NCBI GenBank assembly: GCA_044221725.1
Contig: JBGAON010000005.1
Span: 128,001 to 192,000, forward strand
Reading direction: 5' to 3'
DNA from: Elusimicrobiota bacterium
Lineage (GTDB): Bacteria > Elusimicrobiota > Elusimicrobia > F11
Length of the DNA stretch: 64,000 nucleotides
Position numbers and translations under genes: made by a program. Shown here one piece after another: positions 31,701 to 42,500 of the stretch. The stretch's first letter is position 1; each line of letters begins with the position of its first letter. The notes under the pieces are model-generated. The model ran no database searches. It had not been told where the DNA came from and was given only the letters and a program-made list of their open reading frames with translations.

Positions 31701-33346
31701 AGGCGCTCCAGCATCTTGCTTTACCGGCGGAGCACCCCATTCACTCTTTCGGGCCGAAAGATACGCACGTGTACTATCTGGACTTGGTTGTGCGGGATCG
31801 TGAAGGAACTGTGCGCGTGGTACCCACCCATCGAAGCGCACCCATTATCGCGAGCGACGTCGAAATTCTCGGTATGGGACCTCGAACCATGGAAGTGTGG
31901 GCCAATATCATCGCGGAATCCGGTGGCATTATTCAGCTGGGCGCCGCACCGCACGTCGATCTGCCGACAGGCCAACATTACAGGGCGGCGGGGGTCAAAG
32001 CGCGCATGCACGATCTCGCCTCGCAAGGCCTCGTCGTTGAAGAATTCTTAGATGGAGTGACGCGCTACACATTGAAACTGCCGACAAACGCGGTCGACTT
32101 GCGTGCGGACTCTGTTTCGACGAATTCTGGGGGCGCTGCGTCAGCGGCGGGCTATCACGGGCTTATCGTGTTTTTTACGCCGAGTCGAAAAGTTTTGATC
32201 GCTTCCGTGCTTTTGTTGGTAACAGAAATTGGCGGACTTTTGTGGGGAAATTCCCATTCGTTGTTGCTTGGGGCCACCATCGCTGCCGCGGCTCCGTTTC
32301 ATGTCGTTTTTGCGGAGCAAGGCAAAGATCCGTGGCTCGCGCGCGCCAATCAAAATGACCAGATGCTCGGTCATGTGTTGACTTGGGGGCTTTATCCGCT
32401 CGCGTTTCTTGCGATGCGCGGCTTATCGGCGATGATGTTGCCGTTGCCAGCGGTCGCTTATGTTCCTCTGGCCGCTGCGGTCGCCTATCATTTGCAAAAA
32501 GATTTTCGCTATTTCCGCCAAACGTTGAACCGCATTCGTGCTGCTGAAAAAATTGCGGCCGTGAATCACGCAATCGAAAGTTCCCCAGCGGATTCCAACG
32601 GGAATGCGAGCGTGCAACACGTGCTCGCGAATCTTCGAGCGCGGGATCGCAAAGATGGCGGTCTCTCCAAAAATATTTCGGAACTCACGCCACATTTAAC
32701 GAACAAAATTTGCACGTCACCGCTGTTGAGATGGTCGCGGATCGTCATGTTAAGCGCTGCAATGTTGGGGACGAACGGAATAAGCCAAGCGAACACCGCC
32801 AACGTGAAGCTCGACCGCGGGAGCAACATCGTCACGGTTGTGGTTATGGACGCGAGCGATGTCGAAGACAAAAAGGGAAGCCTGTTGCACGACACGCTGC
32901 GCAATATCGAAAAGCAGATTCGAGAGGGGAAGCTTGGCGCGACGGTCACCGTGGCCATCCCGGAATCGATGGTGGAAGACGCTTCCGCTCTCAGGGAAAG
33001 TGCCAAGCGATTGGCGCTTGATTTTGACGTTCCGGTCGTCGTGACGATTGACCGCGCGATAATCGGTCGAGGATTTGATCAACCGAACCGTTTCACGTTG
33101 AACCAACACTACGATGACGCTACGAGAGAAGTTGATAATCACGGTTCGCACAAGGCCGCGGAAAAAATTCGTTTCTACCAAAACAAAAATTTTGCGGGCG
33201 TGAACGTGAAAGTGGTGGCTTCGAAAGCGACGCCGTACACGGCGAATGGCGCGCTGACCCAAATTGCGCAGATGACAATTGCTGGCGTGACGATTTCTAT
33301 CAGCGAAGCAATCAAGCTCGCCGAACTCGCCTACAAGATGGCGTAA
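25757..33346 (+). CDS. 2529-aa modular membrane protein: family N-terminal domain, GH18-like domain, hexokinase domain, possible SLOG-like domain, TM segments
   Basis: Signal peptide, then IQDVH, ALEGAFG, VTGGFH, SYLSVFTQEKTP. GH18-like GVGIDFE, QVMAY, LWAFG. Hexokinase SIGGTN, VNDT, ILGTGSN, NGETG, FEK, EGSVF, GVGAA. Confidence 0.85.
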   Translation: MKKSLVRSVAAALSVVYFATNIAWAHQSAVVELDFRSHATIWADRKPTEPYPKTPPTKLAALPANINAQLPSINRQFSAIKENAASISSRISNSLSEKNAQMLAPLFRTLPQTAGTIRKIEVPRAEPRGVVVHIQDVHRNFEAQTNIGNAVEQLTRANLVQAVALEGAFGPIDLSWYNNYPFQDSVKTVADYLLKEHRISGPIRAGMTAAKNQELGTSYIGIDDPTHYAANVRAVRAAKTAETNIKEDLEKQNRELAAAKLKYFSAALRDFDRHVEAYRRGNVSWGDHVEYLSDKSVTRVSPRIDAFLVALTMEKELNVAAIESERARLLEKLAGKLSKGETNELLAMSAAFRDGRLNHADFYSFLKRFCQQKSIDLASYRSFDGYVRYVLLCERLDVEAILEEVATLEKTTYSSLARTEKEKELVQTARGLYLAGKLTDFALTKEEWTEYRSEFITWGGKRPFEEFYKQAELRDSAMANNLIHVLRSRYKVPRTSLSILVTGGFHSTGIDRQLVDAGYTVVTYIPKISKVDDVAGSSYLSVFTQEKTPLDQLFAGEKLFLAEKPVASAAMMSSSVHMVNQINHRGAESPAPLDVPAKDVAETKVNGDEAQMPMKGGILKIRARSGGLLDIRFNPSLLQRIAGVIAVGALMLFAGVLPAQDFAQGSQGAPAATAQDANAVSLALKITGVFFGLFAVLQTVITVQRTFEWNLRDWKRGQVRPREMLSMAGSWLFVDISLPAMFGTAWMILHLGYNFAISNIGMRALLFGAEKEYFTFMAMTLFLAIVLFLLRDPRLYSVRQEREGVTSGPEGNNDRAHLRYLVPWLFAPIIAGAMPSAMLAQSGAPPVENSNRGFYQAAAKNAAVEIAPEADAAQPKWKELMNFGFQFTATGDIRGGWGKTDFDWNRTKTEQAKLVEMFKGNVYTTFVNDFDQKLKDRELTAKFLKNPTWRKKKIDEMVELAKGSLGVGIDFENMSRNSTADFKLFIEELAKELHAKNSKLCVIVEPKTDTNVGDRGRAIDWAHLAKHADEVQVMAYWYGQGPTRPDQIAPLSWIKQMVALAEKQGLKGKFTVALTTFGYDWALDGSGRQALSKTAFSEIEAQKANWKRYADGGSIYYEYTANDGKQHRVVTEDLVSIQQKYEELKKLQIPVVLWAFGFGDPEIFKWGEKAGLSVYLPYFSEPVKELLRKPQTPKTDKVDLQFRGSPFFLLALIGLFIGAPLSFANSSSVSNSANAGTPSVPVFAQAGLLKEYWFLPVIVGIVTAAVIFFILRSRWPSNPPATVMEAPTPNYASDEELKSFVERNLARSYLDVPRILVDARQIVAPPSVQDLVGRLIAVCADFVATEQRIEDADEAGSKITAVLKAIQSRVKLKVEARYISQQTADDFWITDEQLLSRTAEFLDWMNDGLAGERKKPATMIPEPDLVLPTGNEVGTSFVVSIGGTNGFLQEVTLLGHGEFENKGKTRVDILRYKQDISGIFDEYAQAIAARMGNQKKEQRSVGVVWAHPVEKIRGKVIARGLSKGWLDPQKKVVDQDIQQLFNDALRRAGLANVTVSIVVNDTFNPLAALSYILIGKRKKTKAALAGAILGTGSNEAFFVPGFGWINGETGADDMTNRDGYELFSTLEDKIVAAEDPVNEHRFEKRVAGNYLAKLFVLRLKAIRNGTGMFRWLDEIPQFRDETLDSSFLSFVADKNIRDLISIERKIREMYWRSRKHSRFVAKLLSHTEKTSFASDHELFVMYEAVKAIAERSARLLATHYAGIALRNDPEIKEPQWFAVEGSVFNKYPGYKAMVMNAIVKIVGVEKAARIELIGAEEIAQNLEGVGAAILAITAYNKQRVAPHDAVRVFEELRAASGGRRVTVVGANDFAVQHEAIGNLFNVAGPTEIAVLTGGNWAQTGARVEAAPHTKAIGVSSEDFLQLLNIFAEAFSNLNGVNQHIVQEFREAAQRSGVLVPREFLTGLHVTPDAIYNSHPAVGALNEALQHLALPAEHPIHSFGPKDTHVYYLDLVVRDREGTVRVVPTHRSAPIIASDVEILGMGPRTMEVWANIIAESGGIIQLGAAPHVDLPTGQHYRAAGVKARMHDLASQGLVVEEFLDGVTRYTLKLPTNAVDLRADSVSTNSGGAASAAGYHGLIVFFTPSRKVLIASVLLLVTEIGGLLWGNSHSLLLGATIAAAAPFHVVFAEQGKDPWLARANQNDQMLGHVLTWGLYPLAFLAMRGLSAMMLPLPAVAYVPLAAAVAYHLQKDFRYFRQTLNRIRAAEKIAAVNHAIESSPADSNGNASVQHVLANLRARDRKDGGLSKNISELTPHLTNKICTSPLLRWSRIVMLSAAMLGTNGISQANTANVKLDRGSNIVTVVVMDASDVEDKKGSLLHDTLRNIEKQIREGKLGATVTVAIPESMVEDASALRESAKRLALDFDVPVVVTIDRAIIGRGFDQPNRFTLNQHYDDATREVDNHGSHKAAEKIRFYQNKNFAGVNVKVVASKATPYTANGALTQIAQMTIAGVTISISEAIKLAELAYKMA

Positions 33347-33423
33347 CACAATCCTAGTCGCTTTTTTCCGTCGATCTTTAAGCAAACACATCTATAAATC
33401 AGTTCGTTTTTCGACGGAATTCG

Positions 33424-33477
33424 TTTACTGAAAATTTACTACTTCTTAAGGCAAACTTAATCCACTTCCGATAGCCT
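33424..33477 (+). promoter_or_regulatory. Four-repeat operator upstream of the 8862-aa gene
   Basis: TTTAC(33424), TTTAC(33435), CTTAA(33445), CTTAA(33456), then TAGCCT at 33472. SD GGAGG at 33498. Confidence 0.7.
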
Positions 33478-33506
33478 GTCTTATAAGAATTCGGGGGGGA
33501 GGCCTT

Positions 33507-36500
33507 TTGATTCAATTCCGACGCGTATCCACGATGATATTTGCGCCAAAAACAATCGCGATTTTGTTGGTTTCGGTTCTCACATACGAAACTGTTGGTA
33601 CACCTCTAGCAGAAGCCAGTCAATACAGCTCGCTGTGGTCCGAACGACGCAAAACTTCCTCTGCCACTCAAAACGAAAACGGCCAGAATCTTCTCGCTTC
33701 GCTTCCGTCCCAGTCTCTTCTGAAGCAAATGCCGTCGGTGAAAGCGGCGCTTCCGTCCTCCGTCGTAACAACACCGATCTCGAATGAAGCAAGAAAAATT
33801 CCGCCGGTGTTGCGCGCGCTCGTGGCGGCTGTTCCCCAGAATCAGGGCATCGTGAGAGAAATTTATGCTCCTCTCTCATCGAGCAACGAACCGATTGTGT
33901 TGGCGCAAGACGTGCACATGAATTCGGAAGCGCAAATGAATTTGGCCGGGGTCATCCAAAATATTGTGCGCGAAAACAAAATTGATGTGATCGGAGTTGA
34001 AGGAGCGTTTGCGCCGTTCGATTTTGCTCTCGCACGCAAAAGCGGTTCAACGGAATCGCGCACACAATTGGCCAAGGCTTTTATGGACAAAAAACTCATG
34101 GGCGCTGCTTCCTACATTGGTCTCGTGAACGATTCGCTACCGCCCATCGTCGGTGTCGACGATGAGAAACACTACGATGCGAACGTGCTTGCGTATTTGA
34201 CGATCCGGCCGATGAAAAAGAAGACGCAGAAAGACCTTCAGAAGCTCAAGCGAAACTTGGATGAACGAAAGGCACAGGAATTCTCGAAAGAAATGCTCGC
34301 GTTCGACGCGTTGCGCAGCGGTTACCACGAAGGAACAATCCCGTTTGGTGTGTATGTAAAAAAGCTTTCGGCGCTCAGCTATCAGCTTGTTGATAGTTCG
34401 TCTTCGCCGGACAGCGGAAAGCGGATCGCTGAAAGCTCTCTCGCCGTTGAGCAGTTCATCGCCGCGTACGAAATGGAAAAGTCACTCGACTTTGCGCGCG
34501 TCGAAGCCGAACGCCGACGCGTGATCGAGAAACTCGCATCGGTGCTCAAAGGCGAGGATGTCACGACGCTCATCAATCACAGCGTTGCGTACAAGAACGG
34601 ACAGATCGGTTTTGGAACTTACTACCGTTTCCTTAAAAATTTGTGCGAAAGCAATGGCGTGCGCCTAAGCGACACGACCGCGTTCGATAACTACGTTCGT
34701 TATGTCTTGCTGTCCGACGGTATCAAAGCGGATCAATTGTTCGCAGAAATCACGAACATAGAAGACCGGGTGACAAAGGCGCTCGCACGCACGCCCGTCG
34801 AAAAGCAGTTGGCTGACGAAGCCGAGCATCTCGCGCTGGCGAACAAGCTCATTGAGTTTGAGTTGACGCCGGAGGAATGGGCCAAGTATTCGTCATCCGG
34901 GCATGATTTTGGCCGGGATCTAGGTGCTCTTGAGGATTTGACCGCTTTTGAAAATTTCTACCGTGAAGCCGATATCCGCAGCCACCGCATGCTCTCGAAT
35001 TTGCTGGGACGAAATCGCCAGCGGGCATCGGTTCTGCTCACCGGCGGTTTTCACACCTCGCAAATGACGTCGTTGCTCAAAGAGAAGAAAATACCCTACA
35101 TCGTCGTGTCGCCGAAGCTCACAAAAGTCTCTGAGGACGAATCGGGCAGCGCGTACCTAAGCGAATTCTCACGGGAAAAAACTCCGCTTGAGAAAATGTT
35201 CAGCGGTTCAAAACTTTTTGTTCTGCCAAAAACACAAATGGCCGGTTCGGCGGGCGGCCTCACAACATTCAAAGCGTTTGTGGTTTTCTTGATCGGTATT
35301 GCCGGCCTATCCACGGGAAAAACCCGGGCGGATGTGGATTTGACCATCAACAATGTTCCGGTGCACGCGGTGGTTCAGCGCGGCGATATCCGCGGCGCTG
35401 TCGAAACCGTGGAGTTATCAGAGAAGGGTACCCCACAAACCTATTCTCTTTTGTATCCGTCGCTTTCAGCGCGCGGCATGGATTTCTTTTTTAATCGCGT
35501 CGCTTCACCGAAACGGCTCGTCATGGCCTTGGGCGGCATTTTAAGCGCTGTATTGCTGTCGCCCGCTCCGGCTCAAGCGGCTTTGGCCCCAAGGCTCTAT
35601 GGCGTGGCCGCCGAAACGTTGTGGGGGGCCGCCGGTGGCGCGTTAATTTTTTCGCTTATCATCGGCAATTTTTTGTGGACCCGTTTCAATACACGGGAAC
35701 CAAGAGTGAGCCCGCAACCCGACAATCGTTTTCGTCCAGGCCTCGACCAATTGGAGCAAAAAGAAACCCCGGCGAACCTGAACGTGTGGGTGGATCCGAA
35801 TGGTGTTGTGCGCCCCGATGTTTTAACCGGGGGATTTAGCGATCAAGAATCAAAATCCGGTTTGCCGAGCGTGGAAGTTCGATTGGCCGATGGTTTCCAT
35901 TTCTCGAACGGGGATCTCGTGCGCGTTTCGCTCAGTGGTCCGGCGGGTTCGCAATCTTCCGGCTGGGTTCCAGCGGCCGATCGCATGGTTTTCCCCTACC
36001 ACGGCGAAACGGGCATGGGGCTGCGCGCCGTGCATGCGGATGGAACAGACGCCGTCGCAACTGCCGTGCCGGGAAGTTTCGCAACGGCAATCCCCGTCTC
36101 GGAAGCGGCGCCTGGCAATCTCGGTTCGTTCGATTTGTTTACGGTGCGCACGCCTCCCGAAGAACCGGTTCAAGACCGAATCAGCGTGAACAACCAAAGC
36201 GTGAACGGTGACCGCGTGCAATTGCAGTATTCGTTACCGTCCGACATGTTGGTTCGGTTCTCGCACGTAAACGCCGGAGCCAACGGCCAAACCGAACTTG
36301 GGTCGGGAACCGACTTTTTACCGGCGACACAGTTTAAAGACGGATACGCGATTCTCATTGCGAACGGACCGCTGAGAGCCGGGAATTCTGCTGATATCGG
36401 ATTTGCGGCGTATCGGTTGGATGCCTCGGGAAATTACGTCGAAGTGAAATTTCAGCCGGGGGAACCCGATTTGCCAATAACGGCCACGCTGGCGAACGCC

Positions 36501-39500
36501 GCCATGATTCCTGACAACCGCTTAACACCCACCAACACCTACACGCTTCAGCCGGACGGAATGGGTGGGTTTTTCATGAACGTGCCGGCGGGCACAAAGA
36601 GCGTTGCTTTTACCGTGAACAGCTTGGCCAACGCCGATCAATTCGTTTTCACACAATCCCATAAAAATGGGAACGGCGACATCGTTGTGGATGCGTTGAC
36701 GCCTTTTGCTTCGGACGACCAGCATCGTTACGTGTTGAACCTTTTACCGGGCGTGACCTCCGTCGGAATTGCGGCGTTTGCGGACAACCAGATTGTGAGC
36801 ATTCCCGATTCCGAGTTTGCGATTGGTACGGTGTTTGAAAATATAGCGGCTGATGCGATGGCGAACAACGGCCGATTGCTCACATTGACGCAAGATCAAA
36901 AAGCGGCGTTCGTGGTGGTAGATCCGGCGAACACGGGACACGTTCAAATTTTCGCGCCCGATCAACCGAACGCGAACGAATTCTTCATTGTTCGTAATCG
37001 CACGGACGAATTCGGCAACACGGTCGCTATTGACGCGCAGATCGTTCCTGATAATCAAACGTTCTATTCGGTGAATGTTGATGATCCTCGCACCACATCG
37101 GTCAGTATTCGACCGTTATCCGTTTCTGATAAGGGTTTCTCCGCGGTGCCCTTTGCGAACGGACTTCTTAAAGCGGATTTAACCAGGCAGTCGGTCGCGA
37201 ACGCACTTCCAATGACGGTCCGGCTGTTGCAGCCCGGGGACAAACAGGGAACGAGCTTCGTGATGACCGTGAATGCCGAGGTTCGGAACGTCAAGCTGCG
37301 CGTGAACGACTTGAACGGGGATCGGTTGTTCGTGACTTATTCCCAGGAAATTGCGTTCGAGGACGGAACAAAAGCAAATGTGCCAATGGTCGCCGCCATC
37401 GAACCCGACAACGAAGGATCGTATTCGTTTAACAAGCCCGAGGGCGCAAGCGGATTTGGTTTCCAAGAATTGATTCGAAACGCGGACGGTAGTTTCGATT
37501 TCACGACGATACCGTTGGACAGTATTGTTATCGCGCAAACGGCGAGGCGCGCGGACCCGAACGCGCGCGCAATGGAGCTTCGGATCTTAACCCCGGCATT
37601 CTTTGCAAATGCCGAGGGCGTGAACGAGTTGCGCTCGAACATTCTTGGAATCGCCATTCCCGAAGGGGCACAAAGTTTCGATGTGAACGAGATCGGACTG
37701 CGAATTCCTTTGAGCGACCACGTCAAATTTAATTTCACAAACGCCGAAGGGAAGATTATTTCCCAATTCGTATTGCCGCCTTTCGGTTCGTCCGCTTATA
37801 ACGCGCTCGTCTCGAGTGGAAAATTGCGTGTGACCGTGAACAACGGATACTTCACGTCAATCGTCCTCAATCTACAAACGGCTGGTGCCACGGCTTTTGC
37901 AATTGAAGTAACGCGGCCAAACGGAGCGCCCGAGCCTGTGGTGGGCACTGTTACCGTTCGCTTCTCTCCCACGGTGGGCCAACGCTCGATTGCGCCAATA
38001 GCGGTTTCTCCTTCCACGAATCCCCAACCGGTGGTCAACATTTTCCCGCAGTTTCCGTCGAACCCCTCCGTGGGACTTATCGGTTTCGGCGGGTCGTCTC
38101 TCGATAACACAACGTCCTCTGTTTTCAGTTACAGCAACATGAGCGGGCGCTGGCAGTACGATATCGGTATCGGATGGTATTGGGTCGACTACACAAAGAG
38201 CGGTGCGCCCAGTATAACGCCTGCAAAGAATAGGCCTCAATTGGAAGATGTGCCGCTCAGCTACAGCATTGTTATTTCGTACCGGCTCGAGATTGGGAAC
38301 GAGACGCCAAATGTTCAGGCGCTGTTGAGGAATGACGGTACCCTTATCGTTGAACGCGATATTAATATTGATCAGGCTCCGCTGGAGAGCGTGACGCTCA
38401 ATGGCCTTGTCGACGACAATGGAAATCAAATTGAAAGCGTGAACGTCCGCTTCGTGGCGCGGGGGCGAGAGCGAGAACTCAAAAATCTTAAAGTCACGAA
38501 CGGGAAAATCAGAATTCGTACGCCGATTGATCTGCCGACCACGACGCGTTTTGAAATTCGGTCCGCCGAAGGCAAGCGTGTTGGAAAACCATCCCGCATT
38601 GAAGTGAATCAAAATGATGAAGGCTTGCTGCCGGACCAAGCGCCGATTGTTGTCGATAAAATGCCGACGCCGTTAAAAACACAGTTGCCGTGGAAAGGTG
38701 TTCAGTTTGTATCGGCGCGTCACACGTCGCTGGGGGATGCTCCGGACGCGGCGGAACAAAATGCGGTGGCCGCAATCGAAGGTCCTTTTGTTGGACAAGC
38801 GTCGCAAACCAACGGAACGAGCCGTGCCAGTGAAACAACGTCCTCGCCGAGTTTTGTCGTGCGCGTGCTGTGGAATTATTTCGGTTGGTTGATTGGCCCC
38901 GTGTTGTTCGTGGCTTTTTTTATTCGAGAAACCGTCGAGAAGAAATTAAAAGCAATTCCACGCGCGGACAGCGCGCGCGAACCAATTGTGATCGACGGCC
39001 TGGTGCCACCACCGAACAATCTAATTCCCGCGGTTGCCGACATGCCGGCCGCGGTTCCCAATTCGACCGTCGCCGTCTCCGAAGGCCGCTCGCCTCCGGT
39101 GCGCCACCTCATTTTCGCCGCCGTTTTTTACGCCGCACTCTTTTTCGTCGTTCTTCCTTTTGTTTCTACCACGCTCGCTCATTGGGGCGACCTGTTGTCC
39201 GCTCTTCCGTCCACCAGCCCATGGATCTTCCCGGCTCGCGCGCTTCAATCGATAGTTGGTTTGTCGTCGTGGATGCTGTTCTTTACCGGCAATGTTGTCA
39301 TGGTGCTCATGCTGCTCAATTTGCAAACGCGGTTTCACGTTGGGCGCAAGGCCTTGTTGGTTCAATCGCTGGTGTTGTCGGCCGCGGCGGCGGCCGGGCT
39401 TGTCAGCGTCAGCACGGGACTCTTTATTCTGGCAACAATTGGGTTTGTCGCGATCTCGCGCACGAGACTGGGAGCGGCGGTTGGTCAATGGATCGCACAT

Positions 39501-42500
39501 CCATTCAAAGAAGCGGACCCCAAAGAAAAGAAACAACTTTCGCTGCTCGGAAGATTTCAACAATCAATCACACATTTGCCGCTGGGTCTCATGAAGACGA
39601 TGTATTCGTTCGGCTTCGAACCGATCGATCGATTGGTTCTTTTGATGATGGGTCGCCCGGTCGCCGGCGAACGGAGCCGCTCGGAACGACTGTTCAATCG
39701 CATGCCGCTTGTAGCGCAATTAATGGCGTTGCCGTTCTTCGCGGCGAATGCGCTTCTCGGCAAGCGCCTGAAACTTAAGCTCTACAGTTTCGCGACCCAG
39801 ATCGTTCTCATCACTGTTTTCTCCGGACTCGCTGTTCTTATCGCGCCAATGTTCGGTTTGGACCCAACGCTCACGCTGTCGTGGATGATGAACTTCAATA
39901 TGCTGGATCCGACCGCCACCGGCTGGGCGCACAATGTGATTCAGGATGGTGGCGTCGTCGGTGCGCTGCTGCAAATTTTCACGGTCTTCGCGATTTTAAA
40001 CTCCTATGTGCTGCAGGTGATTCTCACGTTCTTCTCATCGCGTCGCACGCAGCCGAATTTGGGAATTGGTCGCCGGTTTTCATTGTCGTTGCGCTCCGGG
40101 TTTTCGGCGTTCAAATTCCTCGAGGGTCTCCATTGGGTGAGTTTCGAAATCGAAATCCTCAAATACATGAGCGGCTTTGTTTCTCCGCTGCACGATTTGG
40201 TTTTGACGATTGAAGGGCACTCGGGTGTGCTCGGCGCCGGAGATGAAGCGGTGCAACGCGCGGTGGCACCGTTCGGCGTGAGCCCAGACAACCTCACGCG
40301 ATTTATTCCGTGGACCACGGGCTTGAGCCACAGCGAACTTATGCAACTTGCTCCCATTCAACGCACCATCCGTGATCAAGCAAAAGAATTATCGGCGGTC
40401 GTAAAGGCGAGGGACTTAAGTGAGGTCGCAAATCGCCAAGTGTGGCTAAAAGCGCTGCGATCGGAACGCGACACCGTGCTCAAGTCGATCAAGGCGCTCG
40501 AAGATCAGGCCGCGGTTTCACCGGCGGAGCGCGCGATGGTAGCGGAAAGAATGAGCGCGGAGAATAAATGGATTCAAGAAATCGACGCGCTCGCCGCTGC
40601 TGTAACGATCGATACGATTACGCTGGAGCAGAAGCAGATTGTTGTGGCCAAGCTTGGTGAGCGTCTGCAGAGTTCTGAAGCGCAACTCGCAAAGATTAAA
40701 GACGTCGCAACCAAAGCCACTGCCAAACATCGGTCGCACGTTGAGCTGGCGGCGCCGGCCGACACGAACAAAGAGGTCACGGTTCCTGCGGACACAAAGA
40801 ACGGCGCGGGGGGCGGTGGGGACAAAAACAAAACTTTGAATAACGACGATACGGCGTCGCTTCCGAAGAATTCGGCCAACGTGCTTGCGTCCATTCAAAA
40901 GAACGTGGACGAATCCGTAAAACGCGGCGAGCGAGCAGTGGCCGCGGCCCAGCGTGAAACGGCCGCCAAAGATCGTGCCGTTGCGCAGAAAGAATTGGAC
41001 GCGCTCGCGCCGGCGTTGACGGCGCTCGCGGGTCGCTACGAAAAGGTCACGAAAGAATTGCAGGCGCTTCGGGACCGGTTGAAAGCCGCGACATCCGAGA
41101 AAGTGGTTGGTGTTGATTTGCGCGCGGCAAACGAACGGTTCGATGCGGAATCGAAACGCACAAAAGACTTGGTGGCGCGGTACGACAACGACCAACGGCC
41201 GGATGTTCGACATTTCCTGAACATCGTTGAACGAAATGGAATCGTTTTGCGACCCGACAACACGTACGTGGCGCTCACGCGTGCGGATGTTCCGAAACTG
41301 AAATTCGACGCCGCTGGAAAACTGACGCTCGCGGGCTCGAATGGCACCGTGTGGTTGGGCCAGCAAACAATTGAGCGCTTGCGCTTGCACGCCGTGGCCT
41401 CCGCTTTGGGTGCCGATGTGGAAGCGACGCTGCTGCAACTTGGAAGAAATCCCGTGGTCGACGCGCAGTTCGAGTTCGGCCGCGCCGTGTCGGTCGCATC
41501 GGGTCGTGAATATAGCGTGCCGCAAAACCGCATTGGTGGTCTTGCGGTATCCAGCGATGGAAGCCTGGTGGCCGAGAGCGTTGAAGGCACGCTTCGAGTT
41601 CAATTGTCCGAGAAAGGTCTCGACGTGTTCGAGCCGATGTGGCTCGGCAAGAAAATCGAAGTTCTTGAGAAACAAGCAGAATCTTTGAAGCAGAAAAGAG
41701 TTCAAGATATCAGCGCTGCGCTTGAACAAAAAAATGAGGAATTGGCCTCGGTGGAAACGGATCGGAATGTTTTACGCGATCAGGTCGCAGCGCTCATGGC
41801 CAGAATTAATGGCGAAACCGTTCCGCCAAACGTCGTTAATAACGATGTGGTGCTCGTTAATCACCGTGATAACGTTCAATCTTTTGCGGACCTCAAAGAA
41901 AAGGTTCTCGCCGAGTCCGAGAAGCTCAAACAGAAGAACCGCAATGACAAGGGCTTCACGCTCGAAGATCCAACCGATCCGCAATCGCTCTCTCGCGTTG
42001 TGCAATACACGAACACGCAAGAGATTCGCAACGAGCTGAAAGCCGGCAACATTGGCCGCGCGCGTGACCTGTTAAAGAAATCGCTGAAAGGCCCGTCGAG
42101 CCACGGCGGACTTGCCACCACCATTGATGTGCGCTCTTTTGATCTTCGTGCCAACGAGCAGAGCGAAGACTTTGGCCCGATGTTGCTCATGGTGCAAGCC
42201 GGTCTTGAGGTTCTCGTGACCGACGCTCAGAAAGGAAATTTCGACAAGGAGCTTTTCTTCCAATTGAAGGATCTGTTGGATTACGCCCTCTTTTATCAGT
42301 TGCCAACCGGGGAGATTCCGCACGGCGTCACCTGGCGTCTGCTCACGCCCGAACTTCAAATTGATGCGAAAGCGTTCCGCATGATGCATCTGCTTACCGG
42401 TGAAGAAAAATATTTGAAGGCCGCCGACGCCTCCGAGCAGGCGCTCATGAAAATGTACGACCCCCAATCGAAGAAATTCCTTGCGCGCCGCGAAGACGGA

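Noticed and set aside
33493..33499. Poly-G phase-variation tract upstream of the giant gene
   Set aside because: Only 7 G, non-coding and merging with the SD. Too short to claim without read-level variation.
41940..41975. Internal prepilin cleavage motif (NDKGFTLED) in the giant protein
   Set aside because: Glu is at +4 rather than +5 and no hydrophobic helix follows, so it is likely chance.
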